Positions 12,678-26,611 of a DNA stretch of 64,000 nucleotides are shown here, one piece after another. The stretch is taken from positions 28,520,001 through 28,584,000 of the forward strand of contig NC_043005.1 of assembly GCF_006345805.1 (NCBI RefSeq), written 5' to 3'. Origin of the DNA: Octopus sinensis (taxonomy: Eukaryota). Position 1 is the stretch's first letter. Each line of letters opens with the position of its first letter. A program made the translations under genes and the position numbers. Below the pieces are notes generated by a model that was not told where the DNA came from, ran no database searches, and worked only from the letters and a program-made list of their open reading frames with translations.

Positions 12678-14300
12678 AAACAATCATCGTCTTCCGTTGC
12701 ACCCACAAATAACTGTTGATCATTTACTCACCTTTTTAATGGTGGTTTTTATACATTAATTAAAGGTTATCACCGAAATTAAAATTCTTCACGATATATC
12801 TTATCCAGCAGAACAACCATTATCTAAGTGTATCACGTTATAAGGCTAAACTGTTTCTTTATTCCTTCCGTACACATTTTTAAAGGAAGAAATAAATTTC
12901 TATGTATTTTATATACAATATAATTTCGACCAACACTCAAACGGATTAATGGCAATTTTTTCCGAATCAATATTTCGGCCTTGCGATCTCCTGTCTATAT
13001 GTGATACCATTTAACAGAATTGTTTTGCAATTGCTATTGTTTTATTTAATTCCTGATGCTAAAAATAATTGTTTTCTATAATAGCTACTTGTAGAAACTA
13101 GTTACCCCGGAAAACTATCGTTTGGGGTTTTTGTTGTGCTTTTTTTCCTAAGCGAGCAATGTGTTATTTGTAGAGAAACAATTATTGTTTCACTTTCATA
13201 GAGTTGGTTGAGGAAGCGAGAATTTCTACTGTTTTCAATATCGCTCGTCTCTTGCCAAGTTCTTGGCCACAAGTGTTGTTATCTTTCCAATACTTCACCT
13301 GATGCTGACTTTTAGCTTAATTGACTATTTTTGTCTTTCTCTCTCTAGCTGTCTCTCTGTCTTATTTCAGACTTTCTTTTCCAATTTTTATCTTAAATAT
13401 TCTAGGTTTGTCTACCAAAACGCGTTTTATCAAACGGTAAATAAATAAATAAATAAATAAATTATAGTGCTAAGAATTATACTTAATCTGTTGAAACGTG
13501 TTGGGTTTTTTTTTTTTTTTTTTTTTTTTTTTAAGCTTTCCTCGATGTTAAATTTATTAAGTTAAAGCCAATTTTTGCTGCTAAACATCATTATTACTAC
13601 ATCGAAATATGTCACCAATCCATCAACTCCAGCTGGCATCGCAGACATCGGTGGAATGACGGAGTTATTTTTCCTTGTGTAGGATTTCATAAATTACAGC
13701 TAAATACATTTCTCTTCTCTTTATCCAAATTGATAATTATCTACATCGTAGGTGGAATATTACCTCAAATGTCCTTTTGTATTTTTTATATTTTATGAAA
13801 TACTAAAACAAGAAATATTTAAACTATATATATTTATGTAATATCTCTGCTTGTGTGAGGAGAGAGAGAAAAAGAAAGAAACAAAGGTATCTTTCAAACA
13901 ACATACATTAAAACGCCGTTCCATAGGGACTATATTGGTCGTGTTGAGGAACTTTAACCTTTTAGAACGGGTAAATATATTTAATAACATAAAGGTGATG
14001 AATTTAATTGCAACCATTTACATTCTAAATTCAAACCTCTTCACGTTTCGCAGGGATCGATAAAATAAAGTATCGGTCAAATATAGTTATATAGATCAAT
14101 TGCACTATCTTTTAAAAAATGGGGCCTCGTAGGTAGATTTTACATACACTTCTTCATGCTCTGAGTTCAAGTTCTGCTAAACGACTTGATCATCGGGTCT
14201 AAGGTCGATTTTACCATTAAAATGTTAAAATCGATGTAATCGATTACACCCTTCCTCCAAAATCGTGGGCTTTGAACCAGTATGAGGAAATATTCAGAGT
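10800..14300. promoter_or_regulatory. CpG-retaining region, probable promoter / first-exon region
   Basis: CG dinucleotides visibly frequent here and scarce elsewhere; SINE copies here keep CpG (GGTCGAT) while several outside show decay (GGTCAAT); candidate donors at 11951 and 13437. Confidence 0.55.
13406..13436 (+). other. Candidate 31-nt micro-exon
   Basis: Pyrimidine-rich tract + TTCTAG acceptor, ACG|GTAAAT donor; open as VCLPKRVLSN in phase 0. Confidence 0.3.
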
Positions 14301-14959
14301 TTGAATGTAAGCTTACTTATATTAGAATAATTCTGAATTTTGGGTTTATAATAGCTCCCTATTAAAAAATATGTATTTATACTTATATATATATGCATAT
14401 TATATTTTTATATACACATATACTTATGATAATGATATACTCTCTCACTCAATAATAATAATAGTAGTAATAGTTATAATAATAATAATTAATTTTTATA
14501 CAGTGATCAGGTGCACCACATGTAAATATATATATATATATATGCATACACACATCATCATCATTTAATGTCTGTTTTCCATGCTGGACAGGTTGACAGG
14601 AACTGGTAGGGCTGGAAGCTGCACCAGACTCCATTGTCTGTTTTGGCTTGGTTTCTGCAGCTGGATGCCCTTTCTTGTGCCAACCACTTTACAGAGTGTA
14701 CTGGATGTCCACAAAGATTGTGTAAAAAGACAAGTTTTACATATCTGCCTATATATACAGTATTGGCAAAAAAGACATACCATGTAGTACAGTATAGCAC
14801 TCTAACACACAAAACTATGAATGCACCTGCAGTTACCTGTCGGTCAACTTAAATTGCTGTCACAACTTTATTTCTTTTTTTAATCAAATTTTCCACAAGA
14901 AAATAAAATGAAGTTTGGGTGTATAAACTATCAAAGATCTATGGCATTATGATAAAGCA

Positions 14960-15400
14960 GAAATACTCAGATACATGTATTGAATTTGGATTTACTAGTT
15001 GATAAAAAGACAGTGGATTTGCCACTGTTTGCCACTAGCTAATGACTTCATGAAGTTTGTTAAATTTAAACTTTGTTAGAAAAGTATCACCCATGCATAG
15101 TTTAAAAAAAAGGAAAAAAAGGAATGATTATTTCAAATGTTTGTTTTCAAGTTTCCAGTTTTGGAGCTTTCTACAAAAGTGCCACTTGTGCCATGCAGAG
15201 GTTCCATGGTTTGCATAAAAGAATGCTCAACCAAAAACATCTCGCATGTTTGGTGAGCAATGGCATGTATAAAATGGATTGTAGAAATTGTTATTGGAAA
15301 AGATGCCACTGAGAAATTGAATGATATCTCTCTTTCCAGCAATACTCAACCAGATATAATAAGATGTCAAAAAGCATAGCAACCGAGTAATTAACAAAGT
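14960..15400 (+). mobile_element. hAT (Buster/Charlie-type) transposase relic
   Basis: Translations IEFGFTS and IVEIVIGKDATEKLNDISLSSNT match ZBED8/SCAND3/Buster-type motifs; broken frames. Confidence 0.65.
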
Positions 15401-17349
15401 TATATACTTTTTTTTCTTCTTTCCCTCTGCAACTAAATGAGTTCACTATTGTTGCTGCTTGTTCCCAGATACTGGCCTTTGTAATACATGTCCAGTACTA
15501 AATTTAAGGTGAATTCCTCATCTGCAAACTTCTGATCTTGACCAACCAAAGCTGCTGTTGTCATGACAAACTAAGTTTTCCAAGGCCAAATAGTCTGGAT
15601 GGGGAAAATCTAAGTTAGAAGTGTGGTAGATAAACCTTTGCTAGTTTATCTGCTATGCTTAATTAATAATGATCTTTTTTTTCCTGTATTTAAAATACCC
15701 CCCACCTCTACAATTAAATTTCAAATCCATTTGCAGTTTGCTTTGCAATTTCACCTTCCAAGTGTCAATGAAATAATAGGTAACATACCTCACAATGGTG
15801 TCACTGACTTTACATGGTCAGTGGTACTTTAACAGGTTTTCCAAAGAGTAATTCTATTAGCATTCTACCAGCATAGTGTGGTTGTCTCCTTGCAATGATA
15901 GTGAAATATATACTGCAGTACTAAAGAGGAATTTGGACAGTGGTTTGAGGGCTTTCAAGGTCAGGAAGCAGAAACTACCTCCAGAGTCCCTTCAGTAGGC
16001 CACCAGATGCAACTCTTGAAAAGTATTAGCTAGAAATAAACCTTCAGTCTATTGATGCATTGAAAACCATTTTTAAAGAGTTTCATTATCATCCACTTTT
16101 CCATAGGTCAGATGTAATTCATTGAAGAAGACATTCTATGGCTGGATGGCCCTTCTTGTTGACAACTTTCTAAGCAGCGTGATTTCTCCCAATGGCTAGA
16201 CATATTTCCATGGATGATTGGAAATAGATAAGACCTTTTGTATGATGGTGACTCTTGTTTATAACTAAGACATGATGTCAAGACAAGGAGACACAAACAC
16301 ATGCACACTCACACATATATACCCACACTGCAAGCTGGCAGAATCATTAGCATGCTGGACGAAATGCTCAGCGTTATTTTGTCTGCCATTACATTCTGAG
16401 TTCAAATTTCATCAAGGTCGACTTTGTCTTTCATCCTTTCAGGGTGGATTAAATAAGTACCAATTACACACTGGGGTCGATGTAATCGACTTAATCCCTT
16501 TGTCTGTCCTTGTTTGTCCCCTCTATGTTTAGCCCCTTGTAAGCAATAAATATATACACACACACAATGGTTTCTTTCAGCATGGAAAATGGATACTAAA
16601 TGGTGATGATGATGATCATCATCATTTAACATCTTTCAGGCTGACATTGGTTGAATGGTTTGGCAGGATCTGATGTATCTAAAGACTGCATCATGCTGCA
16701 ATGCATGGTTTCTATGGCTGGATGCCCTTCCTAATTCCAACCACTAATGCACTAACTAGGTGCTTTTAATCATTCCACCTGAACTGTTGAGGTTACCATG
16801 CTGGGGGAAAAGTGAGTTGGGAAGGGTCAGCAGGTTTTTGATGGATCTGTATGGCTACTTACATGTTGGAGGGAAAGGAAGGAGAAATGGTCTGTAGAAA
16901 CTGCAAGAAATAAAGGCAATGAGGGGCCTAGGTGATACCACATGGCACAAGCTGAGTAGAAGTGGGTGTGTGGGTGGGTTGGCAAGATAGTATAGGAAGG
17001 AGAATGAATGGGTGGGGAGGCACACTGCCAAAATGGATTAAATTGAAGGATGGATGAACAAAGAACCATGAGCTAGGGAAGATAGAGGGATGCAGAAGGG
17101 GGAGTGTGGAAAGGGGCCAGCAACAGGAAGCAGTAGTAGTTAAGCTGATACAGTTGCCAACAGGGATGACAAGAGAGGTGACATGATTAGATAGTCTGTA
17201 GAAGCTGGGACTGGGGTGGGATGTAAGTAGGCATAATGCATGAGAGTGGGGAAGACTCATAACATGGGTGGAGGGCGCAGAACAGCAGTTCCAGAGGATG
17301 AGTCTTTTCAAGACGTTTGTATCTTCAGAGATCCTAGTCCTTTGTCATC

Positions 17350-17810
17350 TCCTCTGTCAGGCTCAGGGTCTTCAGGTCAGCTTTCACATCTTCATCTTAT
17401 GTCTTCTTGGGTCTCACTCTTCCACAAGTTCCAACCACTTTTAAGTAATCAGTACTTTATATGACCATCCTTATCCACATGCATCACTGTCCATATCAGT
17501 GGAGTATTCTTGCTTGAACTCTTTATCGGATTCCTCTAATGCCCAGTTTTTCACTCAGCACCTTTGTACTAATTCTTTTATGCACATTCATATTGTACAT
17601 CTAATGGAACATGCTTGATTCATTTCTTTCCAGTCTTCTCAAGTCCTCTAGATTCAAGGCCCATGTCTCACTACCATGCAGTATTGCAGTTCTAACACAA
17701 GCATCATACAATCTGCATTTCACTGTTAGGGGAAAGGTCTTTGTTGTCAAAAGTGGTAGTAGCTTCCTGAACATTCTTCAAACAGTTTTTACTCTAACTA
17801 TTATACCTTC
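17350..17810 (-). mobile_element. RTE-like LINE 3' fragment
   Basis: Minus strand ...VKADLKTLSLTEEMTKD-type C-terminus; similar copy at 42130-42730. Confidence 0.6.
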
Positions 17811-18210
17811 GTACACGCACGCACATACACAGAACATTCATCTTCATGCATCCCATACGTATATTAATGGGTTTAAGAGTATATAGTTGTGTGAATGTGG
17901 TTGTATATTTTTTCGTATGTTAATTCTTTTGTGCATGTGCTTCAATGTAAGTGTGGGTAGGGTTTTGGTTTCACTACAGTTCATTAAGCTAGCAAGTATT
18001 TTGAAGTGTACTTAAAAAATGTGATGAAAATTAGGGTCCAGAAACTTTTATGTGTGGTCTTCTAACCCTATTTGAAAATTACGGTTATTTAATGCTATTT
18101 CTTCTCCTGTTGTCTCAGGGCAATGCCTTATCTATTTTGTCTGCTAGTTCCATGAGAAATGTTTCTATATTGTGAAAGGCAAGATTCTCCATTGTATATT
18201 TATTAATATA

Positions 18211-18645
18211 CTAGCAGCATAGCCCGGCGTTGCCCGGGTATGTAAGAGCCCCTAGTAGGCAACGACTAATCCCAATTTAGTCCTTTCCCTCTAGGGAACG
18301 AAGGCGCATGTGTAGGTTGCAATGTCTTCTCTTCACTCGAATACTTCTGTGTATACGATGTTCCTAGCTGTCCCTTTGGGCGATAAAAAAGGTCGAGTTG
18401 TGTCCCCTAGACAGAAAATGTGTTGCATATAAAAAATGCTTAGATTCTCGACCCCATCTCGAATTTATTGATTTTTTTCAGAACTGGGGCAACTTTTCAA
18501 AATTTTAGCTGCGTTAGTTTTAAATTATGACATTGGGCTATGTGTGTGTCAAGTTTCATCAGAATCGGTTGAAAGCCGTGGTCAAGGTGAGGGTACAACC
18601 TGACAGACACACAGACAGACAAACTGCCGTTTATATATAGAGAGA
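18211..18645 (-). mobile_element. Non-autonomous Helitron (young)
   Basis: Minus strand A|TCTCT...CCCGG-GCAACG-CCGGG hairpin...CTAG|T: canonical TC/CTAG ends, A-T target, no TSD, (CTGT)n near 5' end, CpGs retained. Confidence 0.88.
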
Positions 18646-19942
18646 TTTTGAGTAGACAGTGGACTTCAAGCATTGTCTATCTGTTTTCTTCCAATTCTCT
18701 TCTCTATATTCTTCCCTTGTTTAATTCATTTATATTATATTGTTTTTATATATACTTTTGTATACTTTTTAAAGCTATTAATTAAAAAAATATTTACTAT
18801 AACTGCTTTCTTTCCTCTTTTTAACCCTTCCTGCTTTTTGTTAACATTAAAGACGGTCAATTCCCTGAAATTAGATCCAACACCTTAATTGATATGAAAG
18901 GACATATCTTTATTTTTACTGACCATACCAAGATAATTTTATCTGGTCTTGGTCTTCCATACATTGTATATATAAAGAGAAAATTGTCTATGTATACTTA
19001 AAGATAAATCATTGGTGTAACCATGACATTCTGGTGATATGAAGAACTTCCTTTGTTTATTTGCATTGGTTTGTAAATATACAACTGTATTGTATAATGT
19101 GTAACATGCATATTAGTGCAGACATGTAAACATAATTTATTATACGTTGAAATTATTAGTACCTGAGGAAGGCTGTGAAACAGCCATAACCTTAAAGATG
19201 TCAAGTAGTTAAATAAATATATTCACCTCTCATACCTCTTAACATTTCGTTAGCTATATACTCCTCATGAAATGATTTTTTCATCAACTGGATCTTCTGG
19301 ATTTCAACTGCATGGAACTCTGCATTATACTCCCCTGTATTGGATTTCTGTGGTCTGTTAGCCAAGTCCATTAGCAGAGCTTTCTGTGATAGCCACACAA
19401 TTCTGTGAATCCATTCATTACACTATGTATGTATGTATATATGTATGTGTATATGTATGTGTGTGTGTGTGTATATATATATGTATATATAATTATCAGA
19501 TGCTTCCAGGTTGGAGATGTTCAATCATAAATTTATTTTCTTTCAATTTTGTATATTAATGGCAGTTTGTTGTAACAAATTTGGTCATTTTATTGCTATT
19601 TTACTAAATGTTAATTTAATCACTGGAATGGTTGTTAATCCAGGCATTTGAAGGGCCAAGAAAAAGCCCATCCAACCTGTGACTCTCAATGCAAGTTTCT
19701 CTGAAGATGAAGATAGGAAGTGTGTTGTTGTCTTTGATGTTAAAACATCAATTTTAAAATCCAGAAAATGGCAAGACTTTCAACATTTTTCAGTATTTTA
19801 AAGGTTTTTCTATATTCCCCATTCAAAAGTTCTTAATTTCTTGTGTTTTGTATTGTAGGGTTTAACAAAGTATTGGGATATGTCACAACTATTGGACAAC
19901 TCAACTGAATATGTTTGTGTTCAGTTCTTTTGTCAATACTGA

Positions 19943-20325
19943 GGCACAGGTTTGGCTGTGTGGTAAAAAGTTTGCTTCCCAACCAAATAGTTCCAGGTTC
20001 AGTCCCACTGTATGGCACCTTGGGCAAGTACCTTCTATAACCTCAGGCCAACCAAAGCCTTGTGAGTAGATTCGGTAGACGGAAACTGAAAGAAGCCCAT
20101 TTTATATATATGGTTGTGTGTGTGTTTGCTCTCCACCACCACTTGACAGCCGGTGTTGGTGTGTTTATGTCCCCACAACCTAGCAGTTCAGCAAAAGAAA
20201 TTGACATAATAAGTACCAAGCTTTTAAAAAAGATAAGTTCTGGGGTTGATTCATTTGACTAAAAATTCTTCAAGGCAATGCCCCAGCATGGCCGCAGGCT
20301 AATTACTGAAATAAGTAAAGGATAA
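19943..20325 (+). mobile_element. tRNA-derived SINE (older copy of the 3962 family)
   Basis: TGGCTGTGTGGT...GGTTCAGTCCCACTG...GGTAGACGGAAACTGAAAGAAGCC. Further copies near 7500-7905, 27495, 31510, 35638, 39470, 48745, 50615, 57250, 59080, 60890 and 63055. Confidence 0.85.
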
Positions 20326-22679
20326 ATATTAATGCTAGAAATTAATTTATTTCCTCATTAGAATTTTAAGTCATCAGGAGATTTTGGTCAGAGTTATTGT
20401 ACACTGATCTCGTGTGTTAGTGAGCCAAGAGAAAGCCTATCTGATTTATCATTCTCAGTGCCAGTTCCTCCATAGGGAGAAGTCATACACCAGCTGAAGA
20501 AACAGACAGACCATCAGTTTTCAATCAACAACTACTATCTTTTTTGCTTCAGTGTTGAATGCAACTTCTAATGGAAAATACCAATTGCAGCCACAAATGC
20601 CATTTTCATTGTATGTTAGTTCTAATTATGGTATGTGGATTTACTTTAGGATGTTCTAATAACCCTTCAGAAATTTTCTAAACTGAAGTTAGGGCCTTGT
20701 AAAGTAAAAAACAGTGGTTTATATTTTTGTTTTGAATGCCAGAAAGTAAAGACATTCTTCAACTTTTGGGTGCAAGCAAGGCTTTGGGGTTAAAAAGTTT
20801 ATTTCAGGATCATTTGATTTGATGTTCCATTCCACTATGTGATGGTTATAGAAGTTTCTGGTACCATAGCCTCAAATTAATTCAAGCCTTGTGGAATCAG
20901 GTAGACGAAAATTGTACTGAAGCCTGTCAGATAGACAATGATGTTGTTGTGTAGTAAACTAAATCTAGCACTTGGCAAAGACCACTTCTGCACCCTCAGG
21001 TGCATTTGGCAGTGATCACTCTGTTGCAGTTATTTGGTTCAAGTTATCAGTCTGAAGATAACTATAGTGTTATAGTTTCTTCCTTTTCTTTCCTATTAGT
21101 CTGGGAAATCCTGTTAGAAGATCATAAGTGTTGTCTGTCTGTCTGTCTGTCTCTTCTAATGAACCCATAAAAACAGGCATCATTTGACTAAGATGTTGTA
21201 TTGCTGGTGAGTGAGTCTTGGGTTTTGCTTGTGCTACAGCCACCAAGCAATATGAAATTATAATAATGTGTGAGAGATGTGTGTCAACTGTTTCAACCAG
21301 AAAGGTAAATATGCAAAAGAGAGAAGTAATCTTTTATCTTTTACATGCTTCACTCATTAGACTGCGTCCATGCTGGAGCACTGAAAGATATTGTTGTTCA
21401 AATCAACTTCAGTACATATTTCTTTAACATCTGGCACATTTCATTAGTCTCTTTTGTCAAATTGCTTAGTAATGGAAATGTAAACAAACCAACACTGGTT
21501 GTCAAGCATTGGTGACAGACAAGCACACACACACACACGAAGGGCTTGCACACAGTTTCTGTCTACAAATTCAATTACAAGGCATTTGTGAGCCTAAGGC
21601 TGAAGATTTTTTAAAGTTCTACGAGTCATTACTTTTTTTCCACCAAAGTATTGGTTCCAGAGAAGCCATTGCTCTACTGAACTTTTGCAGTTTGTCAAAG
21701 ACATTTATCAAATGGCTTACAAACAAATGTTGAATTACACATCTATTATAAACATTCATTTTTAACTATGAAGAATTAAGTGTAATGATAATGATTTTTA
21801 AGATTGGCATAAAGCCATGCATTTTGGAGAAGGAGTATAATTGATTAAATCAATATTCATTATATTACTGATACCTATTTTATTGACCCCACCTCCAGGG
21901 GAGACAAAAGACAGATATGATTCCATTGAAATTTTGAATCCAAACATAAAGTGTTACGAGTATTTGGTCAGCTTATCTGCCATTCTCAACCTTATAACAG
22001 ATGATGATGATAATAATAAGATAATCTGTCTGTTTAATTAGCTGTCAGGTTGACAGATGTCAATATTGTTTAATTTATGTAATCTCCTAACCAAATTTAT
22101 TACCACTTACAATCTAATTAGTTGCAGTTGCTTGTACTAATTTATCTATTAATGAAGTAGGTAATTTCACCTTTGTTTGTTATGGTTTGCAGAGGGAGCT
22201 CTTGGTGTATGTGGGGGGAGGGCAGGACTGAGCAGGTATTTTAATCAGTTGGCATTGAATCAGGAAAGGAGAATATGTTGTTGACTGGACCTAATTTAGT
22301 GAGGAATATGCAGTGGGGGGGGGAGGCAGCCAGAGTCTGTGATATGGTGTGGGGGTAGTTGGGTGTTATTCTTCAGTACACTGAACCCCGGAGTATATCC
22401 TGTTGTCTATGTTTCAAAGATGTCCTCTGGAAGCAGGCTTTGCTGTCTTGTAGAGCATCCTGTCTTTCATGACATTAACAAATATCAATGTACTATCATA
22501 GGTGTCACCCATAAGAAGATTGAACTCAAGTCTGTATGTTAACAACACTGTTAACATTGTACAGTGCCCCATTCTACTTTCATCAGGTCCCTAAACAAGA
22601 CGGGGAGTTGACTGACATTAGAATATTGGACAGAACACTTAGTGGTATTTGGTCCAATTCTCTGCAATTCATTATATAT

Positions 22680-22880
22680 AGAGGTCATTGGTGTCTGTGA
22701 AGATATGGCAGCAGATCATTATACCACTGTATAGAGGATGCTGATGTCTGTGTAGATATGTAATGTAGCAGACCACTATAGCACTGTACAATGGACCTGG
22801 ATGACTGTGAAGATATGACAGTGGACCACTATACCATTGTATAGAGGGCTTGGATGACTGTGGATATGACAGTGGACTGT
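22680..22880. repeat. Degenerate ~55-60 bp tandem repeat (CTGTGAAGATATG...ATACCACTGTATAGAGG)
   Basis: 3-4 visible units. Confidence 0.7.
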
Positions 22881-22999
22881 GTATTGAGAAGTCTGTTGTT
22901 CATTTCCTGTCACTAGAAATATGTTGCATGTGGCCAACATATGAGGTTGGGCTGGAAGGTTCATAGGCTGACCACAAAGGAATGATGCTAGAACTATAA

Positions 23000-23632
23000 A
23001 ATCTTGCATGCATTAATTTCAACTCTCCTTACGAACAAACTGTATTGTTTCTTTCCAGGTAAACTGACATCTGACTGTTTAAAGGAAGACTTCAAAAGTA
23101 ACTGGTTGCTATGTCTTTTGAAAATGGATAAAATTTGGTATTGTGGTGTTATTAAGTACCTGCAGGAAAAGGCTTTTGTCCTCATCGACAGTCATGCTGA
23201 CATGCTTGCTACACTAGAGGATGATGTTCCATCTTTATCTGCCAAAAGTGGGCTGCTGAATTTAAGAGGGGAAAGGGAGAGTCATCAAGATCTGGATGCC
23301 CTACAACTTGCACCACCAAGAAAAATATTGATTGTGTTCACCACATGGTAATGGATGACAGGTGATTGACTGTAAATCAAATAGCCAATGCCATCAGCAA
23401 TGTCCCATGAGTGAGTTGAGAATATTCTGCACTATGAACTTGACATGATGAAAGGTTCTGCTTGGTGGGTGTCATGTCTTCTGACACCTGGTCATAAGTG
23501 CACCAGACTGATCACATCACAGGAAACTGAAGCAGATCCGGCTGGTTACCTCAAACATTTCGTAACCCAGGATGAGTGTTGGTTTCATCATTTTGAGTCA
23601 GAGACAAAGAGACAATCAATGTACCACACAAC
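23000..23632 (+). mobile_element. Mariner transposase relic (N-terminal HTH to first catalytic D)
   Basis: MDKIWYCGVIKYL, KWAAEFKRG, SAWWVSCLLT (WVPRLL-like), FVTQDECWFHHFESETKRQSM. Confidence 0.9.
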
Positions 23633-25410
23633 ATAGACTAGTGATCAGTGAGTTCAAATTGTGAACTAGACAATCTGGAGATGGAAGGTATGGAAGCTGA
23701 AATATGCTAAATCTAAGAAGTACTAGCCGACATGTATGATACAGAACAGAAGATAAGAGACTTTTGATATACAGTACACCAGTGAATTTCTACAAGACAA
23801 CTTGCTGCAGGCTACAGACCAGATCTGTAGATGGAGCAAAGTTCCAGCCAGGCATGATGTGACATGGTGGTGGAATGATACTGTAGATAGTCATAAATAC
23901 TAAGATAAGCTTAGGAAGAAAGGATGGGAGCAAATTAAGGCATTGTTAGGGGGAAATGTGTCAGGAATAATAATGACACACTTGCCTTCACTGACACTGA
24001 GGAGGTGGAAATATTAGTAAGAGAGTTTATTGAATGGGAAGAATGTATGAAGCAGGGCGGGGAACAAAATGAAGTAAACTCAACAGAGGATCCAACCATT
24101 GAAGATGTTAGTCTGATTAAGGAGTGCAGCTGGACCTTCAGGGTCGTCTCTGATGTACTGTAGACATTTAGTGATGTAGGACACATGCTAGTCTTAGTCA
24201 ATCAGATTATTGTCATTATTAAGATTATCTGTGACATTATAGGCCATCTATGGCCAGAGCCATTCTAACACTGATCATCTCAACTTTCCAGAGGTATCCA
24301 AAATTACATATCTTATGTGCTTTTTTTTTATCTCTTTTAAGACATAGAGGTGTGGTTTGAAGGAATTTTTCAGCTATATCAGATTGAACAGTTACAGATA
24401 GGCTACTTCACCTACTGACTGACTAGCATGGCAATATTATTAACAAGGTCAAAGGAGATGTCCAAAGCAGAGGTATCAAAAGGTTGGAATACGTCATGAA
24501 AGTAAATGAAACAGTCTTAACACAACTGATTAGGAAGAAAATTGACTTCAGTGGAGATGCAGTTTGAGTTTGCAACAAGGTAGGATGCAACCAATGCTCT
24601 TGTCCGACTAAGATAATTATAGATGAACTTCCACTATACTCAACAGTCACTGATCTGGAGAAGGCTATTGACAAGGTACCATATTCCTTAGTTTGATGGC
24701 TGCTAACAAAACTAGATGAATGGTTCAAGAGCTGTGCAAGCCATGTTCAGTGATGTCATCAGCAAAATGAGAGTTAAGTGTTCAGTAAGAAATTTAGTGT
24801 GCAGTTAAGTGCCATTGGGACGCAGTTTTTCAGCCTGCTCCTGTTTGTTGTAATTTTCTTATAAGATAAAAACCATAAGAGAGCTTAAAGCAGAATGTTC
24901 ATGGAAACTCCATTATGCTGATGTCTTAATTCTTGTAGCTAAATCTGTTGAAGAATTAAAACATTTTAGAAATGGAAAAAATAATTTAGAATTGAGAAGC
25001 CTCAAAGTAATTTTAGCAAAAACAAGTTTTGGTTGCAGGAAAGAATACTGGACTCTCCTGCCACTAGGGTCATGCATAATGTGATTAATGTGCAGAAAAG
25101 GAGTCAATAGGAACTCCATATGGTGTACCTCAAAGGGTGTGCAAGAGATGTAGTGGGACAGACTGATAGAGAAGAGAGGTTTCATATAAAGTCAACAGGC
25201 AATAAGTAGTAGCTAGCAGTAAGAGCACTCATAAAATAAATTCTTTCAAATGCTCAGAAGGTTTCCCACAAATAATTGGTGGCTTCCTTTATTTTGGTGA
25301 TCAAATTAGCAGCAGAGGAAGTTATTTCAAAAGTGCAATAACTACAGTAAAAATGGGGTTGAAACTGTTCAGGAAGTCACCGAATTTGCTGGTAACAAAG
25401 AGATTCTCTT
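23633..25410 (+). mobile_element. RTE-like LINE relic (end of endonuclease + RT)
   Basis: HRLVISEFKL, WWND, DLEKAIDKVP, WKLHYADVL (YADD-like), LKVILAKT; many stops and frameshifts. Confidence 0.8.
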
Positions 25411-26611
25411 TTTGAAATTTTGTTTGACCAATGCAGGCATGGAGAAGTGGACATTAGTTGACAATGGTGATGATGATTATGAGCAGAATATAAATTCTCT
25501 TTGATAACTTTGTGGCAAATTATTTAGGAGTTAACAGTACTTGAATTGCAATGAATTCAACGATCCATCTCCTCCTTGCATGTGTCATCCAGTTGCTTGC
25601 CTCTGGGGCAGCCAATATTAGACTAGACAGAAAAAAATTCATAGATACATAATTTAAACAAAACAGTAGCCATTGTTATGAGCAGCTGGTTTAAAAAAAA
25701 CAAAAAGAAACAAAATCAGTGCATTATAAAATGTCTATATTTTCAGAAAATCTGGGAGAGACATGCTAATTCACAATGTCAAAGGTTATACTTCAACCTT
25801 CATGAAAACTAATTTTGTAGTCAAAATAAATACATAAATAAACAATCTGTACTAGTACCATTTCACTATTATTTGTTCATTAGTAAGAATGGTACTCTGA
25901 GGTTAAAATGTTCCAATAATTCAAGTAATAGTTTGTTAATGCTCAGAACCAGTCATTGTATTGTGAGGAATGTAGCATATAGATGATTGAAAATATAAGG
26001 TATAGATCTACCAGCTTACAAGTTTATTTAATCTCCACTTTTCCATGCTTGCTTGGGTGACAGAATTTGTTGAGGTAGAATTTCTATGGCTGGATGCCTT
26101 TCCTGTTGCCAACCCTTACCTGTTTCCAAGCAACATAATATTTCCCCATGGCTAGACATGTTTTTTATGAAATAATAGAGATAAACAGCATCACTTGTAT
26201 GAAGGTGACAGTCAAGACAAGGGTACACACACACTCACTTATGTGTGTGTGTGTGTATACTTGGAAAAGTCAAATTTTTGTGACCATTTTTTACGGTGAA
26301 ATTTATGGGGTTGACTATTCCATGGATACTATTTTTGAGGGGCTGAAATTCAAGCTAGAATCCGAAGTACCGTATCTGTAGCAGAAGCCCAACTGATCAC
26401 TAAGCGAATAAAATCAAAAGCACAATGAATTACAGCTTCGAGCAATCCATAGTAAATATATAAAAAAAGAAAACTTTCAGGAACAATAGCAGATTATTGA
26501 GATGGAATTCTTTTTTTTTTCTTTATCAAAGAACGATGAGCAAAAAATTTCTTTTTATATTCCACGGTAGGCAACCAGGGTTGCTGAGTGTGCGAAAAAG
26601 AATACAAGTGT

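Noticed and set aside
15420-16010. Possible LINE RT relic on minus strand (KFADEE)
   Set aside because: Only one weak motif; too degraded to support.
23050-23065. CTTTCCAG|GTAAAC as a recursive site
   Set aside because: Lies within the mariner relic and has a weak donor; likewise 63830 lies inside an RTE fragment.
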